Below, in pieces: positions 27,157 through 43,048 of a stretch of 64,000 bases of DNA. The notes beneath the pieces were generated by a model, which was given only the letters and a program-made list of their open reading frames with translations, was not told where the DNA came from and ran no database searches. Made by a program: the position numbers and the translations under genes. The DNA comes from the human T2T-CHM13v2.0 reference genome, Homo sapiens. The stretch lies in NCBI RefSeq assembly GCF_009914755.1, contig NC_060938.1; one strand, given 5' to 3'. The stretch's first letter is position 1; each line of letters starts with the position of its first letter.

Positions 27157-28117
27157 GCAAAGAATGGAGGCGATCTCCATGTGCTGATATGACAAGAATT
27201 CCAGACTTATTTTTAATTAAAAAAAGAAGATGTCACTGTATGCCCAAGTTATTTCCCTGGAAGGAAAGAACACACAAGAAACTCTTAATAGTCATTACCT
27301 TTGACAGGAGCAACTGTAACTTGAGGGGAGAGAAATTAAATTTTCGTGTTATGCTTTCTAATGTGTATGTATTGCGTTTAAAAACAAAGTTAACAAAGCT
27401 GCCAGGTTGATGAGATTACGGTCCACTTTTACATTCTTTGTGCTTTTTCTAATTTAAAATATTTTTTTAAAGAAAAGCAGCTATTTTTCTGGAATTGTCT
27501 AGTCCCAATGGCTCCTAAAGGCAGAGAGATGAGATGTTTACAGGGCCATCCTTTCGGAGTTTCTCTTACAGCTTCGCAAGGATTCCTTTCAAGACAGAAT
27601 GGTATCCTCATCTCCTCGAGAGAAAAGTTTTGGGGCCAAACAAGAATTCGGCCAAAAGCTCGGGGCCAGGCATGTGTGGTGCCAGGGCAGTGCGGGGGTT
27701 CCCACAATGTCTGTCCAACTGTCCTGGGGACAGGACCCCTCTTCTGCACTTTTCTGTACCCCTCGTGGGGACTACGTCTCTGGGACAAAAACCCAGCTAC
27801 ACAGGGTTAACCCCTGCGTTTTGCTTCGCTGAGCATGGCTGAGGAGGAGGGGGTGCGGTGAGAGCAGAGGGGGCTCCATCCCGCCCCAGCTCCAGGCAGC
27901 ATTAATAAAATGCAGGTGTTTTGTGTATGTATAGCTGCTTGAGGGAGGAGGGAGAAAGAGCCTTGACTGCAGCAGCGCATAGAAACAAGAGCCGAGTGCA
28001 GTAGAGGAAAATGTGCCTGCAAGTAATGAGAAAGCATTTTGCAAAGACAGCCTTGGCTTTAGGGTTGAGAAGAATGCAGCAGTTTCTGGCACAGGCCTAC
28101 CCTGTAGCTCCCCCTGG

Positions 28118-28155
28118 GTGTGTGTGTATGTGTGCGTGTGTGTGTGTGTGTGTGT
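28118..28155. repeat. (GT)n microsatellite
   Basis: Seen directly; imperfect. Confidence 0.93.
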
Positions 28156-29849
28156 ATCTGGACACAGGATCCTATGCATGCATGTGCACATACACACACC
28201 CCACCACCACCACAGATTTTTTTCCCAGCAACATCTCACACAACCTAAGTTTGACCCTCACTTGCTTTGACCAGGAGTTGGTTCTGACACTCCCTTCCCT
28301 CCCTGCCAACCGCCCTCCATCTTTTCTCTCCTGTCTTCCTCTCTGTGGACCCCACACCCTGCAATTCCTCCTTTCCCCCATCACTTCCTTCTCTCTGGGG
28401 CCTTGGGTTGACGGTATCTCCCCTTGGCCAGCCCCTTTTTCGTAATGCCACTTGGCTCTGCTTTCAAGCAGGCACCTTGTGAACCCGACTCCCACCCTCC
28501 TTTCCAAAGCCCACCTCCCTTGCAGTCGGGAATGGAGCTCAGGAGGTTGGCCAGCCCCTGCTGCTTTAGCTTGATGACGTGCTCCAGCACTGTGGAGGTT
28601 CAAAGTGAGGGGGGAGTAAAGCACAGAGCAAGCCCCCTCCTCCTGGCCACCCCAAGGGCAGGAGAGCAAGGAGGAGGCATCAGAGATGACTGCAAAGTGG
28701 GCAGCAGATCTGAGGGCCACTGGGCCCTGCTGAGGGTCCTCTGTCCCCACCTCCCCACATCCCCCAGGGAGGTGGGAAGTGACAGCCCCCCAACTTCTAG
28801 AGGGTCGCCCTCCATTACGCCAAGTTAAAGAAGCCTAAAAGCAAGTGATTTCTGTGATTTCTTTAGTTTGCCTCCTTGCCTGAGACCTGCTGAGGAGTGC
28901 AGTTGTAGGTGAGTTGTTCTGACACCGGAAAGGCTTCAGGAGACCAGGGTGGACCCCTGAGGCCCTGCTCGGTCCCAGGCAGGCCAGGGTCTGAGTGGAA
29001 GTCACAAGTGGAGGAGCTCCTCCAGAGGACATGGGCTCCTGATTCCATGAGGAGGGGGTAGGGAGAGGTGCTGGGGGGCTCAGGAAGCACCCCTGTCCCA
29101 GGCTACCAAGCTGATCCTGAGTGTTTGTGTCTGAAACCACTGAGCCAGAACCCATGCCAGGCAAAGGCCAGCCCAACAGCATAGTAAATATGTTCCCCGG
29201 AATTTAGCACTCCTGAGTCAGAGGGGAGCAGGGGCTGGCAAGGACCCTCTCCTCTGGCCTGTCTGAAATGGGAGGACCAAGCTCTAGAGAATCAAGTTTT
29301 TACTTTCTCAACTCCTATCCTCTACTCCCTACCTGCCTCCCCATTCCTCTGCAAATAAAAGACAGAGCAGGGGTGGACAGGCAGCAGCCCAACCATCCCG
29401 CCACTCATCCGCTCATCCCTGCCCGCAGCTCACAGGCTGGCTGGCAGCAGCTGTGTCAGGAGGCAGGACCCACATTCGGAAACTCTGAGGAATCTCCTTG
29501 GAGAGTAGTTACTGGGGCCGCTTGTCCCAGACCCCGAATTGGAACACCGTCTCTGACAACTCCAAGACTGGGACTTGTCACTTGCGGGAATAACAGTGGG
29601 AACCACCCTGGAAAATCCAGGATGCAGGGTCCCCTTACTAGCACAAAGCAGCCTTGGGGCCCCTGTGCCCCCACACCCAGCCCTTCCTCCCTTCTGGGAG
29701 CGGAACGCGGGAGAAAGCCTTGCATCCTCAGTGGCCCCCCACCCTCTGAAAGGCATGTAGTGGCCTCAAGGCCTTATTCCCCCCTCCACTCTGTTATATG
29801 GAGCCTATGAGGAGCAGATGTTTCTAATGAAGGGCCCAGGCCAGGGCTC

Positions 29850-30450
29850 TGGAGGTAACAGGCCCGCCATAGAGCGCTGGCTCCCATGGAGGGGCCGCAG
29901 CCCCCAGACCTCTGAAAGCACAAGCCGCCCAGTGAATGGGACACACACTCTCTTGAATTCTCAGCTCCTTTCAGGAAATTGCCAAGTTAGCCCTTGGCTT
30001 TCTCCTTTCCAGTGCCCGCCCCGTTTCCATGGCAACCGCCTCCCCATCTTCCAGAGCCTCTCTCCGGTCCTGCCCGCCCCCTCCTCTCCACCACCCTCCG
30101 CGTCTCATCTGTCTGGGTGGGAACCGGGATTAGAGTTCATCGGGCCGGGATGCTTTTCCCAGGGCCGCTTTGCCTTCGTGATCCCTTTGCGGCAGCCCGG
30201 CCCCTGCCCCGGGCTTTTCAAGTCCCCCAGACTTAATGACCAGCCCTGGGTTTCCTCCTCTTCTCTTTCTCTGCCTCCAATAAAGCCGGAGAATTAACCC
30301 AGGTTTTAAGTGCCCCGGTTCCAAGCTGAATATCAAAGGGGGCTTCCCCAAGCTGCTTCTGCATTTCAAAGGGGCTGATTTATCACTTTCACTTAAACCG
30401 GCACATTTTGGGGAAAGAGTTTTACCCAGAGGTCAAACTCTGGAAAAACA
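29850..30450. promoter_or_regulatory. Candidate enhancer: CpG-enriched, with RFX X-box, two TCF/LEF sites and an IRF/PRDM1 site
   Basis: GTTTCCATGGCAAC 30023-30036; ATCAAAG 30332-30338; TTCAAAG 30365-30371; TGATTTAT 30376-30383; CACTTTCACTT 30384-30394; locally raised CpG in non-repeat DNA. Confidence 0.55.
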
Positions 30451-31534
30451 AATGGATCCCCGTTCACCCCCTCCTGGGGTGCTGTGGGCTATTAGTGTAT
30501 AAACTGCTGGCGGGTAGGTGGGAAACAGGCTACCCGCACTCCTCATCAGCCTGGGCCCAAACTGTTCCTGTGCCCCCCGGGGCGATTGTGAGGAAGAGGG
30601 GGAAATGCATGGAACCATGGCTGAGAAGCTCCCACACTGCTCCTCCTGGTCTCTGTGCCTGGCACCGGGCAAGTCGTCAGCTCTGTTTCTGCTTCCTGGG
30701 CCTCTTGTGGAGGCCCTAACCTGAACCTGCATTAACACTTCCAAGCTAAGGGTGCTCCCTGCCCCAGGGACTCTGCCCCTTCAATACAGCCAGGGCCTGT
30801 GAGTCCAGATTCTGCCTTTTCTTCCATTCTGCCTGCGAAGCTTTTGCAGGCACTTACTATTCAGGGGCTGCAGAGCTGGGCCCCTGAGCCACCCTCACTC
30901 CCCAGCTCTCTCCTGCCCTCACAGTCAGGCCTTGTCCATACCCTTCTTTCCCACATTCCCTCCCCACAAAACATGCACACACACATTCACCCACCCTCTC
31001 CCAGACCCCTGCCGCCGCCCCCAGTCTCCCTCTCATCCAACCTCAACCCAATAAATTATCTCTATTATTGCCCCTTCCTCAAGGACTTCCTCATACCCCC
31101 ACAAAGAACGCTGGAACCCCGGACCCTGGAAACTTTTCTCCCTCTCTGTGAAGCATCTGTCTAGCTGCCCCCAAGCAGACTCCAGCCTCACTGCAGAGCG
31201 TGAGGTCCTTCGTCTGATTTAGCCCAGATCTGATTGATTCCCAGGCTTTCTCAGGCATTAACCCCCAAGGAGAGATGTGCACATCTCTCCTTGAAGTGAC
31301 CAGAAAAGCCAGGAGCCAGCAGCCAATGAAGCAATCCTTGGAAGAGGCCAGGCAGACAGCACAGCGTTATCGAGGAACTTCTTACTTAGCACGAAGGGGC
31401 AAAAGCGGGCGAGGCAGCACCCCAAAGCCAGCTTCCAGAGAGGACATCCTGAATGAGGTCTTGAGAGGCACCAATCACAAGGCAGGTTTTCCCTTAATGG
31501 ACACATCTGTTTCCTTTTCTTACCCTGCCACCAG

Positions 31535-31930
31535 CTCATTCATTCTTTCACACATTCATTCACTCCTAGGACCATTTACTGAGTGCCTATCTCGTGTCAG
31601 GGGCATTAGAGAGTAAGGCTACTGTTGATTACAGTGCAATGAGATAAACCCTCTCCCGTAAAGTGGCCGGCAACATTCATGGTCTTTGCCTAACCCTCTC
31701 CATGGGGATCCGGGAAATACTCTAGACAGGGGGATTTGATTCCAGCTTGAAAAGATGGGCAGGAGTTTAGCTGAGAGAAATATATTCCAGGCAGAGTGAG
31801 CAGCAGGTCCAGAGGCACCCAAGCCCACCATAGGTGGTGACGATAGGCAGATATGTCTGGCACATAGGAATGTGGAGGGAGGTGCTAGGAGATGAGCTTG
31901 GAAGGGCATGTGAATGACGTTGTGAATGGC
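31535..31930 (-). mobile_element. L2 3' fragment
   Basis: cattcattctttcacacattcattca...catttactgagtgcctat; attccaggcagagtgagcagcaggtccagaggcac. Confidence 0.6.
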
Positions 31931-31956
31931 AGGCCAGGAAACCCACCACCTCTGCC

Positions 31957-32450
31957 ATGTCACCCAAGTTCAACCCCAACAAGATCAAAGTCGTATACCT
32001 GAGGTGCACGAGTGGGGAAGTCAGTACTACATCTGCTCTGGTTCCTAAGATCAGCCCCCTGGGTCTGTCTCCAAAAAAGGCCAATGAGGACATCACCAAG
32101 ACAAGTGACTGGAAGGGCCAGAGGATCCCAGTGAAACTGACGGTGCAGAACACACAGGCCAGATTCAAGTGGCATCTTCTGCCTCTGCAGTGATCATGAA
32201 AGCCCTTGAGGAACCACCAAGAGACAGAAACAAGCAGAAAAACATTAAGTACAGTGGAAATATCATTTGTGGTGAGATCATCAACATTGCCCAACAGATG
32301 CAGCACTGATCTTTAGCCAGAGAACTCTCTGGAATCATTAAAGAGATCGTGAGGACTGCCTAGTCTGTGGGCTGTAGTGTTGATGGCGCCACCCTCACGA
32401 CATCACAGATGGCTTTGATAGTGGTGCGGGTGGAGTGGCCAGCTAGTTAA
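31957..32450 (+). pseudogene. RPL12P7: Processed pseudogene of ribosomal protein L12 (uL11)
   Basis: The translation [41 protein letters not shown] matches RPL12 ([41 protein letters not shown]). It is intronless, with a frameshift near 32160 and stops at about 32306 (TGA) and 32361 (TAG). The native TAA (32448-32450), 3'UTR AATAAA (32473-32478) and A-rich tail (about 32495) are retained. RPL12 origin is clear; the 'P7' number is from recollection only. Confidence 0.93.
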
Positions 32451-34879
32451 GGGCTACATATAGAAATATTTCAATAAAGGATCATTTGACGACCAAAAAA
32501 AATTTAAAGAGAGAACTGTACTGAAGAAGGTGGGGAATGACAGAGGGAGCCAGTCAGGGCCCGGGAACAAGAGCAAGTCAAAGACTGTGTTCTAGCACTC
32601 GTCCGCCTGCTGAACCTCATCACGAGCTTCTTTGCTGCATGTGCTCAGATTCTGTCTCTGTTTACCCTTTCCACCTGGGGAAGCACGGAGCTCATTGACT
32701 CTTCCGCAGGAGCCCTTGCTGAAGAAATCATTTGTCATTCTATCTATCCGCTTAGATTAGCTGGGAGGTTCAGTAGAACCTGCAAGCTTCTCTCTCCCTG
32801 GAGGGAGGCAAGGGACACAGGGGAACTTTGGGACAACTACACAGGGCCTGGCAATATTTGCAGACAAGGGGATGGGAGGGAGCAGGGGTGGCAAGAGTGC
32901 CAGCAATGCTCCCAGGGCCCCACACCAGCCACAATGCAGCCTTTGGAATTTTAGAGAAGGAGCTCCCAGGGGAGAGTTGGACTAGAGTTTCAGAGTCTCT
33001 CTCAGTGCCCACATTTTGTGATGCCACTGCTGATGCTCCAAAGCAGAGATGCCCATCCAGTTGCATTTTTAAGCTGCTGCAATGCAGTAAACTTCCCTGG
33101 CCAAGCCTTGGCAAACCGTCTGTAGCAGGACTCCCATTTCTTCCAGGCTGTCCGCAGAGCAGATTTTCCTAGGCATGGGACTTTGAAAGCCACAGAAGGA
33201 AATGGAAGACAAAAGAAAGAGCAGAGCAGGGGAGCCAATGGTCCCCTGAGTCTTCATGTTTATGAGGCTACTTGGGACCTAGGAGTTCAATAACCTGCCA
33301 TCCACACATTTCACACAATACAATTGACTCCGTGCAATAGATGTGTTCCCAGAAGCTGTCTGGGAACAGCTAAAATTTGAGTAATAATTTTATGTGGTGT
33401 TTTCATACAATTTGGATAATCTGGATAATTGTTACATATCGTGGTTTGGCTTAAAGCCAGGGTTACCCCTAACAATAACAAAAGTGTTGACTGCTTGGGG
33501 CCTGGCACCTCCCACTTGGACCTGCGGTTTGTGAAAGGCTCCTCCTAGGTCTTGGCCCCCTACTTGTCTTCCCTGGAGTCTTCTGTCCTGGTAACTGCTC
33601 CAGAGTCATCCTCACAGCGTCTTCCTCCACACCCTCTGTTGAGCACCCAAAGCTCAGGATGTGCCACAGGAAGCAGGGAGAGAAGACGCCACCCTGCCTT
33701 CAAGGAGCTCCCCTGGGAGCTGGGTCTCCCCAGATGCATTTCTGGGGATGTCTGTGAAGCCCATAGCTGGGCAGCCCAGACCGCCCCACACAGGAGGCGC
33801 TGGGCTCACCAGCTAAGGGTGGGAGCTCCACCTGGTCAGATCTTGCTCCAGGTCACTTTTAAGATTGCAGTGCAGGCACTGGGCACTGGCCTGCCCGAAG
33901 CCTGCCTTATCCAGGGACTCATTTCCTGGCTTTGCTTCTCCTCTACCCAGCTTATGAGAGGAGTGCTAGGAGAGGGAGGGAAAACAGAAATCTAAACTTG
34001 CTCAGGGGTCCTATTTTGTATCTTCCCTCTGAGCTTTTTTGGTTTCAACCAAAGCATATTCCCCCTCTTTTCTGTGGACTCAAAACCCATGCCCCTCACT
34101 TGGACCGGGCCTTCCTCTTCCCGCTTTGTCCACCAGCCTCAAGTCCCATGATAGAATCTCCTGGATAGTGTTTCTTTAACTGGGCTCGAGCCCCACAGTA
34201 AAGTCTTGGTCCTCCGCCGGCCAGAGCCCACATCTCTGATTCAGCAACAGGGGCAGGTGTTCAGGGCAATCTGGGTTAGGTCCACTGAAAACCAAAGGAA
34301 ATAACATTGGTCTGATTCAAGGCCTTCAGAAATGAGTCAGCCCCCGAGCCCATCAACCATCACTGTTACTCAACATCACACCCACGTTATTCATGAAGTA
34401 TTGTCTTCAGCTTACTAGACAACAGAGCCCCACCAGACTCTGGGAGGCTGAGGATGACTTATTGGTCTGCTGTGGGCTCAACATCAAGTACATACCTTAC
34501 CTCTGTCCAAAAACTGGAGTGGAAGAGCGCTGAGTCAGGAAGGCTCATGCCCCGAGGCGTCTTCCCACAAGCCTCTGGTCACCCTGAACAGTCTGTTCTG
34601 GATTTCACACCTTGGAAAAAAGTCCTCTATGAGTACAATGAGTGGAAAGAGTCTTAGAGGAAGAGTTGGGGCCAGGTGGCCAGGTATGTGCAGCACCTCT
34701 GCCCAGCCCTCCTTGGCCCACAGTCTTAGGCTGGTAGCCTGCATCCTATGCAATAGCCAATGTTACTCTTGTTTTTCATTCCTTCTAAATGATCCAACTG
34801 AGGACCTGCCAAGTTGAAGTTGGATGTGACTTTCCTTCCTATGGGGTAGAGGGGGACTTTTCTGGGTGTAGTGGGAAAA

Positions 34880-35130
34880 CACTGTGGCCAAACACATGAC
34901 TCTGGAGTCCCAGAGGCTTGGACTCAAAGTTCCAACCCTGCCATGTACCAGCTCAGCAAGTGACTTATCCTCTCTCAGCCTGTTTCCTCTTTGATAAAAT
35001 GGGGATAATAACACTGTCCATCTGTAAGACTGTTGTGAGTTTTCAATGTCATAGTGCACATAAATGCCTGGCACCTCGTGAGTGCTCCCTCAACGGCCCT
35101 GCCAGTGTTGTTGCCACTGTTATTATTATT
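34880..35130 (+). mobile_element. MIR SINE
   Basis: ctctggagtcccaga...caagtgacttatcctctctcagcctgtttcctctttgataaaatggggataataa. Confidence 0.8.
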
Positions 35131-36564
35131 TTAGTTAGTACCACTCTCACTACCATTCTCCCTAGGCCGGAGTCTTCTTTCACATGAGACCCTTGTCTTC
35201 CTGATTCTGGTATCCTCAGCACACAGGCACAGTCGGGTGCAGTGAGTGGTAGTCCAACAGAACTTCTGAAGGGGAGGAGCCCCAGAGAGAGGGAATGGCA
35301 TGTTCAAAGGTCCTGCGGTGGGAAGGTGCATGGAAAATTTGAAGAAAATGGTATAGAAAAAAGTCCAATCATTAGCTACAGGCCCCCAGCAGCTGCTTTA
35401 GCCAATCCTCCAACCTCCTCATTGGCATGGCAAGACCACAGAAGCCTGGAGCCCTGATACCTACTCCAGCCCTCTGCTCCTCTCACTGACCAGGAAACTT
35501 CCCTTAAGACAGAAGCCCTAAGGTCATCTGAACCCCAGAAGACCCAAGGAAGCAGAAATATACCAAATGAAGATCCTGAGGCCTTTGTGTTTAGTTACCA
35601 TAAAGAAATAAGTCCCCAAACCTGGCTATTTGTACTTGGCATTGGATAATTCGAAGGTGATTGAGGAAGGTACTGGGGAAGGAAGCCCAGGCAGGGGCTG
35701 TGGTTGCCAGGTGGGGAGGGAAGACTTTGCAAACTAACCCAAAAGCAAGCATGGGGTGCGTGCCTGTCTTCCATGTAGTTCCTAACCCCCTGCCCCCAAC
35801 ACGCCCATGATGCATGGGAGCAGCCCAGTGCCACCAACCACACTGAAGGCTTATCCTCCACTCCATCCCGCTCTTCTCCAACCTCCTAGAAAACTGTCTC
35901 TGTTCCCATCCTTCCTCTGCAAGAGCCTCCCTCAACTTAAGCTATTAGCCCTCCCAGGAGCACTTGCATTTAATAAAAACGAGGACCTTAACACTTCACA
36001 GGAGGGGCTTATTAATGGTTCCCTTTCTGGCTTTTGGAAACTGCAGGGAGCAAGGTTTCTGTAGCAGTTGGCTGAGCCCTCAGGGATGGGAAGACAGGGT
36101 CTGATGAGGCAGAATGCCAGTTAGGGACCAGGCCCAAGGTGGGTCTCCCCAACTCTGTCTTATGCCCTATAACCTAGCTACCCTCTGTTGGTGGTGGTGG
36201 CGGTGTTGGTGGTGGTGGTCAGGTTTGTTGAAATTAAGTGTACATACAATGAAATTCATCCATTTTAAAATACAGTTCTTTGAGTTTTAGCAAATGCATG
36301 CAGTTGTGTAACCATCACCACAATCAAGATACAGAACAGTTCCATCACCCCCTAAAATTCTGCAGGGCTTCATTATAGTCAACCCCTTCCCCCAGCCCTA
36401 GCCATTGAAAACTGCTCATCAGGTATTTTGACCCATTAGTTTTGCCTTTTCCAAAAGGCCATATAAATGGAATCATAAGGGGCATAGCACGGAATCTGCC
36501 TTCTTTCATTTAGCCTAATGCACTTGAGATTCGTCCATGCTACCTGTATCAGAAGTTCGTTTTC

Positions 36565-38110
<1,546 letters not shown>

Positions 38111-39054
38111 TCATTCAGTAATAGAAGGACATTTGAGTTGTTCCCAGTTCTGGGCCACCATGAATAAAGCCACTATAAATATTTGTCTACAGGTTTTTTT
38201 GTGGACAGAAGTTTGTATTTCTCCAGTTAAATACCTTAAAGTTATATTCCTCACTTATGTAATAAGTATATGCTTAACTTCATATCAAACTGCCAAATTG
38301 TTTTCCAAAGTGGCTGTTCTGTTTTGCATTCTCACCAGCATGTCTGAGAGTTCCAGTTGCTCCACATCCCCCGCCCCAGTACTTAATATTGTCAGTTTTG
38401 TGTTTTGAATGTTTTTTTTTATTTTATCCATTCCAAAATAATAATAGTGGTTTCTCATTATGATTTAAATTTAGTGATTAATTATGTTAAACACCTTTTA
38501 TGTGTTTATTTGCTATTCATATTTCTTTTCTGGTGAAGTATATGTTCAAGTATTCTGCCATTTTTTAAAAAATGGATTGTTTGTTTTCTTCTTACTGAGT
38601 TTTGAGAATTTTTAATATATTCTAGACACAAGTCCTCTGTCAGATACAGATTTTGCAATATTCCTCCCAGTCTGCATAGAAGATTTGTCTTCTTACTTTG
38701 TTATCAGTGCCATTCTAAAAACAGAAGGTTTTAATTTTGATGAAATCCAATTTATAAATTTTTCTTTTCTGGATTGTGTTTTCAATGTCATATCCAAGAA
38801 ATCTTTGCCTAATCCAAATCAGAAAGATTTTCTCCTGTTTTCTTCTTTCATGCTTTTAGGCTTTTTCTTTTGTACTTTCACTTATGTTTCTGTATTTCAC
38901 ATTTTAACATTTTACATTTAGGTCTATGATCCATTTTGAGTTATAGGTCAACATTCAATCTTTTTTCCTCTCTCTCCTCTTTTCTTTCTTTTCTTTTTTT
39001 CTTTTTTTGCATGGATGTGTAGATGCTCTAGCATCATTTTTTAAAGAGACTATC

Positions 39055-39739
<685 letters not shown>

Positions 39740-40590
39740 CCATCTGTCTCCAGTGAATTCCCTCTGTACTTTGTCAGAAATCAACTGACTATGCATGTGT
39801 ATTTCTGCGGTCTCCATTCGGTTCTTCTGTTACAAATGTGTATCCTTTCACCAATTCCACTGCCTTGTTCACTCTAGCTTTATAGTAACTCTTGAAACCA
39901 GGTAGTGCGTGTCCACCTGGTCTCACTGTTGTCAGCCCCTGCTCTATGAGGCTCTCCTCTTTCCTGTGGTCTTTCAGGCCGGGCGGCAGAGGCTGGACAA
40001 AGCTCAGGGCCCTAGCATGGCCTTGCAGGCCCTTATGATGCAAACCTCACCAGCTCATCTTCTGTCACACCTGCCTCCTAGGAATACTGATGTGCTGATA
40101 GTTCTCTGCTTTTGTCTAGCACCATCAGGCCTCCAAGCTTTTGCCTGCCCTGTCACCTCTGCCTGGAAGGCCCCGTCTTTGGGCCCCGCACCACCCCTTT
40201 TTCTCTTCCTGGTTAGCTTGGATCATTCTTCAAGGTTCTAAAAAATAGATGCCTCATGAGAGACATCCAGGGGAACCCATATGACCTTCTCAAAAGTGTC
40301 CTTACCCAGGCAATATAGTACAGTGGCCAGAGAGCAGACCTGGAAACCAGCTGACCAGGCCTGAACTCAGAATGTCAGAACCCACTACTATCACTACTAC
40401 TAGGGCAAGTTACTTCCCTTCTCTGAGCCTCAGTTTCGCATCTATAAAACAGACATCATCAAAGTATCTCTTTTTTGGGGTGTGGTAGGGATTAAATGAG
40501 TCAATATATGTATAAATAAATACATGTACTTAAACATAAACTTACTATAAATGAATATAATAGAGACCCAATAAACTTGGGTTGTTATCA

Positions 40591-40874
40591 TTTTTTTTTT
40601 TTTTAAGACAAAGTCTCACTCTATCGCCCAGGCTGGAGTGCAGTGGCGCGAACTTGGCTCTGCCTCCCGGGTTCACGCAATTCTCCTGCCTCAGCCTCCT
40701 GAGTAGCTGGGACTACAGGCACCTGCCACCACGCCTGGCTAATTTTTTGTATTTTTAGTAGAGACGGGGTTTCACTGTGTTAGCCAGGATGGTCTCCATC
40801 TCCTGACCTCATGATCTGTCCGCCTTGGCCTCCCAAAGTGCTGGGATTACAAGGGTGAGCCACTGCGCCCAGCC
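40591..40874 (-). mobile_element. AluY-like element at the end of a MIR (about 40310-40580)
   Basis: tgttagccaggatggtctc diagnostic; TSD gggttgttatca at 40579 and 40875. Confidence 0.96.
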
Positions 40875-42745
40875 GGGTTGTTATCATTATTTAAGGATTG
40901 AGACCCCTTTTGATGTTTGCTGCTGTCAAGAAAATATGTGAGCACAGCTTCTTCCCCCACTTTGTTACCGCCCCACACACACTCAGGCAGGGGTCAAGGC
41001 CACCTGAGCAGCTAGATGCAGCCACTGAGGCCCCAGCCCCCATTGTAGAGCTGCTGCTTCTAGGAGCCACATGCCAGGGAGCAAGCAGCAGTCAGCACTG
41101 GAAACAGGCTACCCCAGCCTCAGTCTCCGTGGGTACCACTCAGGTGCCCAGCACTGCGGGAATCCCTGCCTGAGGCAGCCTGGGCTGGGAGTTCACACCT
41201 TGATGCCCCAGGGTCCTTGGATAGTGATGTGTCAGTAACACTTCAAGCAACCAGACGAGCTGCTCTGCAGGGAAGAAGCCCACTTGCAAGGGAGCTGGAC
41301 ATTCCCCCAGCCCTGGGAAACACAGTCCTGCTTGCTCTTGAGGTTGGGTCCCCATGAGAAGGGGGTCAAGAAAGGACCAAGAGCATCACGGGTTTTTTCT
41401 AGAGCAGAGGAGAGCCCTTAAAGCAAAGAGACTATCTGTACACGAGAGCCACTGAAGTGCAGAAGGAAGGCCAGGGGAGGGGCATGGAGGCAGAGACAGG
41501 GGTTCAAGCCCCAGCTCCCCTTCACTGTGTGAGTTATTTAATTTCCTGAGCTTTAGGCTCCTCCTCTCTCCTAAGAGGATAGCGCCACCTCCCTTAAGGG
41601 GTACCTGTGGCTGTATGGAGCAATGGGAGAGCAAAGAGGAAACCCTGGTGCATCCAGCCTTCCTTCAGAGACGGAAGCCACAGGCCCAGCCAGGAGATCT
41701 ACCCAGGGTGGACCAGCACATTTCTGGGAGTCCAAGTCAATGCAGACAGAGGGCTCTCTAGGGAACAAAGAACTGAGAAGAGGAAAACCACCTCTGGCTC
41801 TTGGTGAGCCTGCCAACCTCCTGCAGCCCCTCATAGCCCAGGACCCCTGGAGGTGAGCCTGACTCTCAGCCCTGGCACTGGAGAAACTCACTCTTCCTTG
41901 CCCTATTGGTCCCCATTTCCTTTTTCCTTGGGCCCCTCTTCTTCTAGCCTGGGCAGAGCTGAGGAGGACAGTGGGGGTTCAGGCCGCCGCCAGGCTGGGG
42001 AGCTCCCTGCAGGGCTGGGAGAATAGGATGGACAGCGTTTTGCCAGAGCCTCATGGGAAGCTTCCTTTCAGGCAGCTGAACCCATTTCAGGGGTAGGGAG
42101 CACTGATCAGGGGTTGGGACATTGCCCCGGGAGGAGGATGAGGATGTTTCCAGGCCTCGGCTGACTCATGGTAGTGAGTATTAGTCACTCCCTCACAAGA
42201 ATCAGCCCACGTCCTCTAGTAGCCTCTTGTCTCCCAGAGGCCCCTGCCCCATGTTTACCTGCCTGAAGCTCCTCTCCCGGCCACCCCCACCCACATCCGC
42301 ACAGTTTGGGCAGACACAAGAGCCCCGCATCACTTTTCACTCGAGGCTCCTCTGAGACATCAGCTTCCTGCAGGAGAAATCTTCAGGGGGTTTCTCTTAC
42401 AGATTTGGGGGTCAAAGACTGGGTTCCAATCGCAGCACTGCTGCCTTGTATCTCTGCTTCCTGGGCAAATTATGTCACCAATCCGGACTGTTGGGGATTT
42501 TTTCCCCGAAGAGTAATAATAATATTATCTAGTAGGATTGTTGTGACAATGAAATCATATAAAGTGTGAAAGTTCCTGGCACAAAATAAGTGATCGATGC
42601 ATGGTAATGAACACTATTATTATACATCAATAAAAGAAAAAAGGTCCCTTATATATAGCATTTTAAAAATAAGGTAACAAAACCCTTGGCCCCTTGGCCC
42701 TGTGAAACTGTGGGCTGACATGGAACAAAATAAAAGCAAGTAGAG

Positions 42746-43048
<303 letters not shown>

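Noticed and set aside
28172-30297. Several 130-190-aa Pro/Gly/Ser-rich ORFs
   Set aside because: Expected in GC-rich DNA; no homology recognised.
31767-32306. 179-aa minus-strand ORF
   Set aside because: It is the antisense frame of the RPL12 pseudogene.
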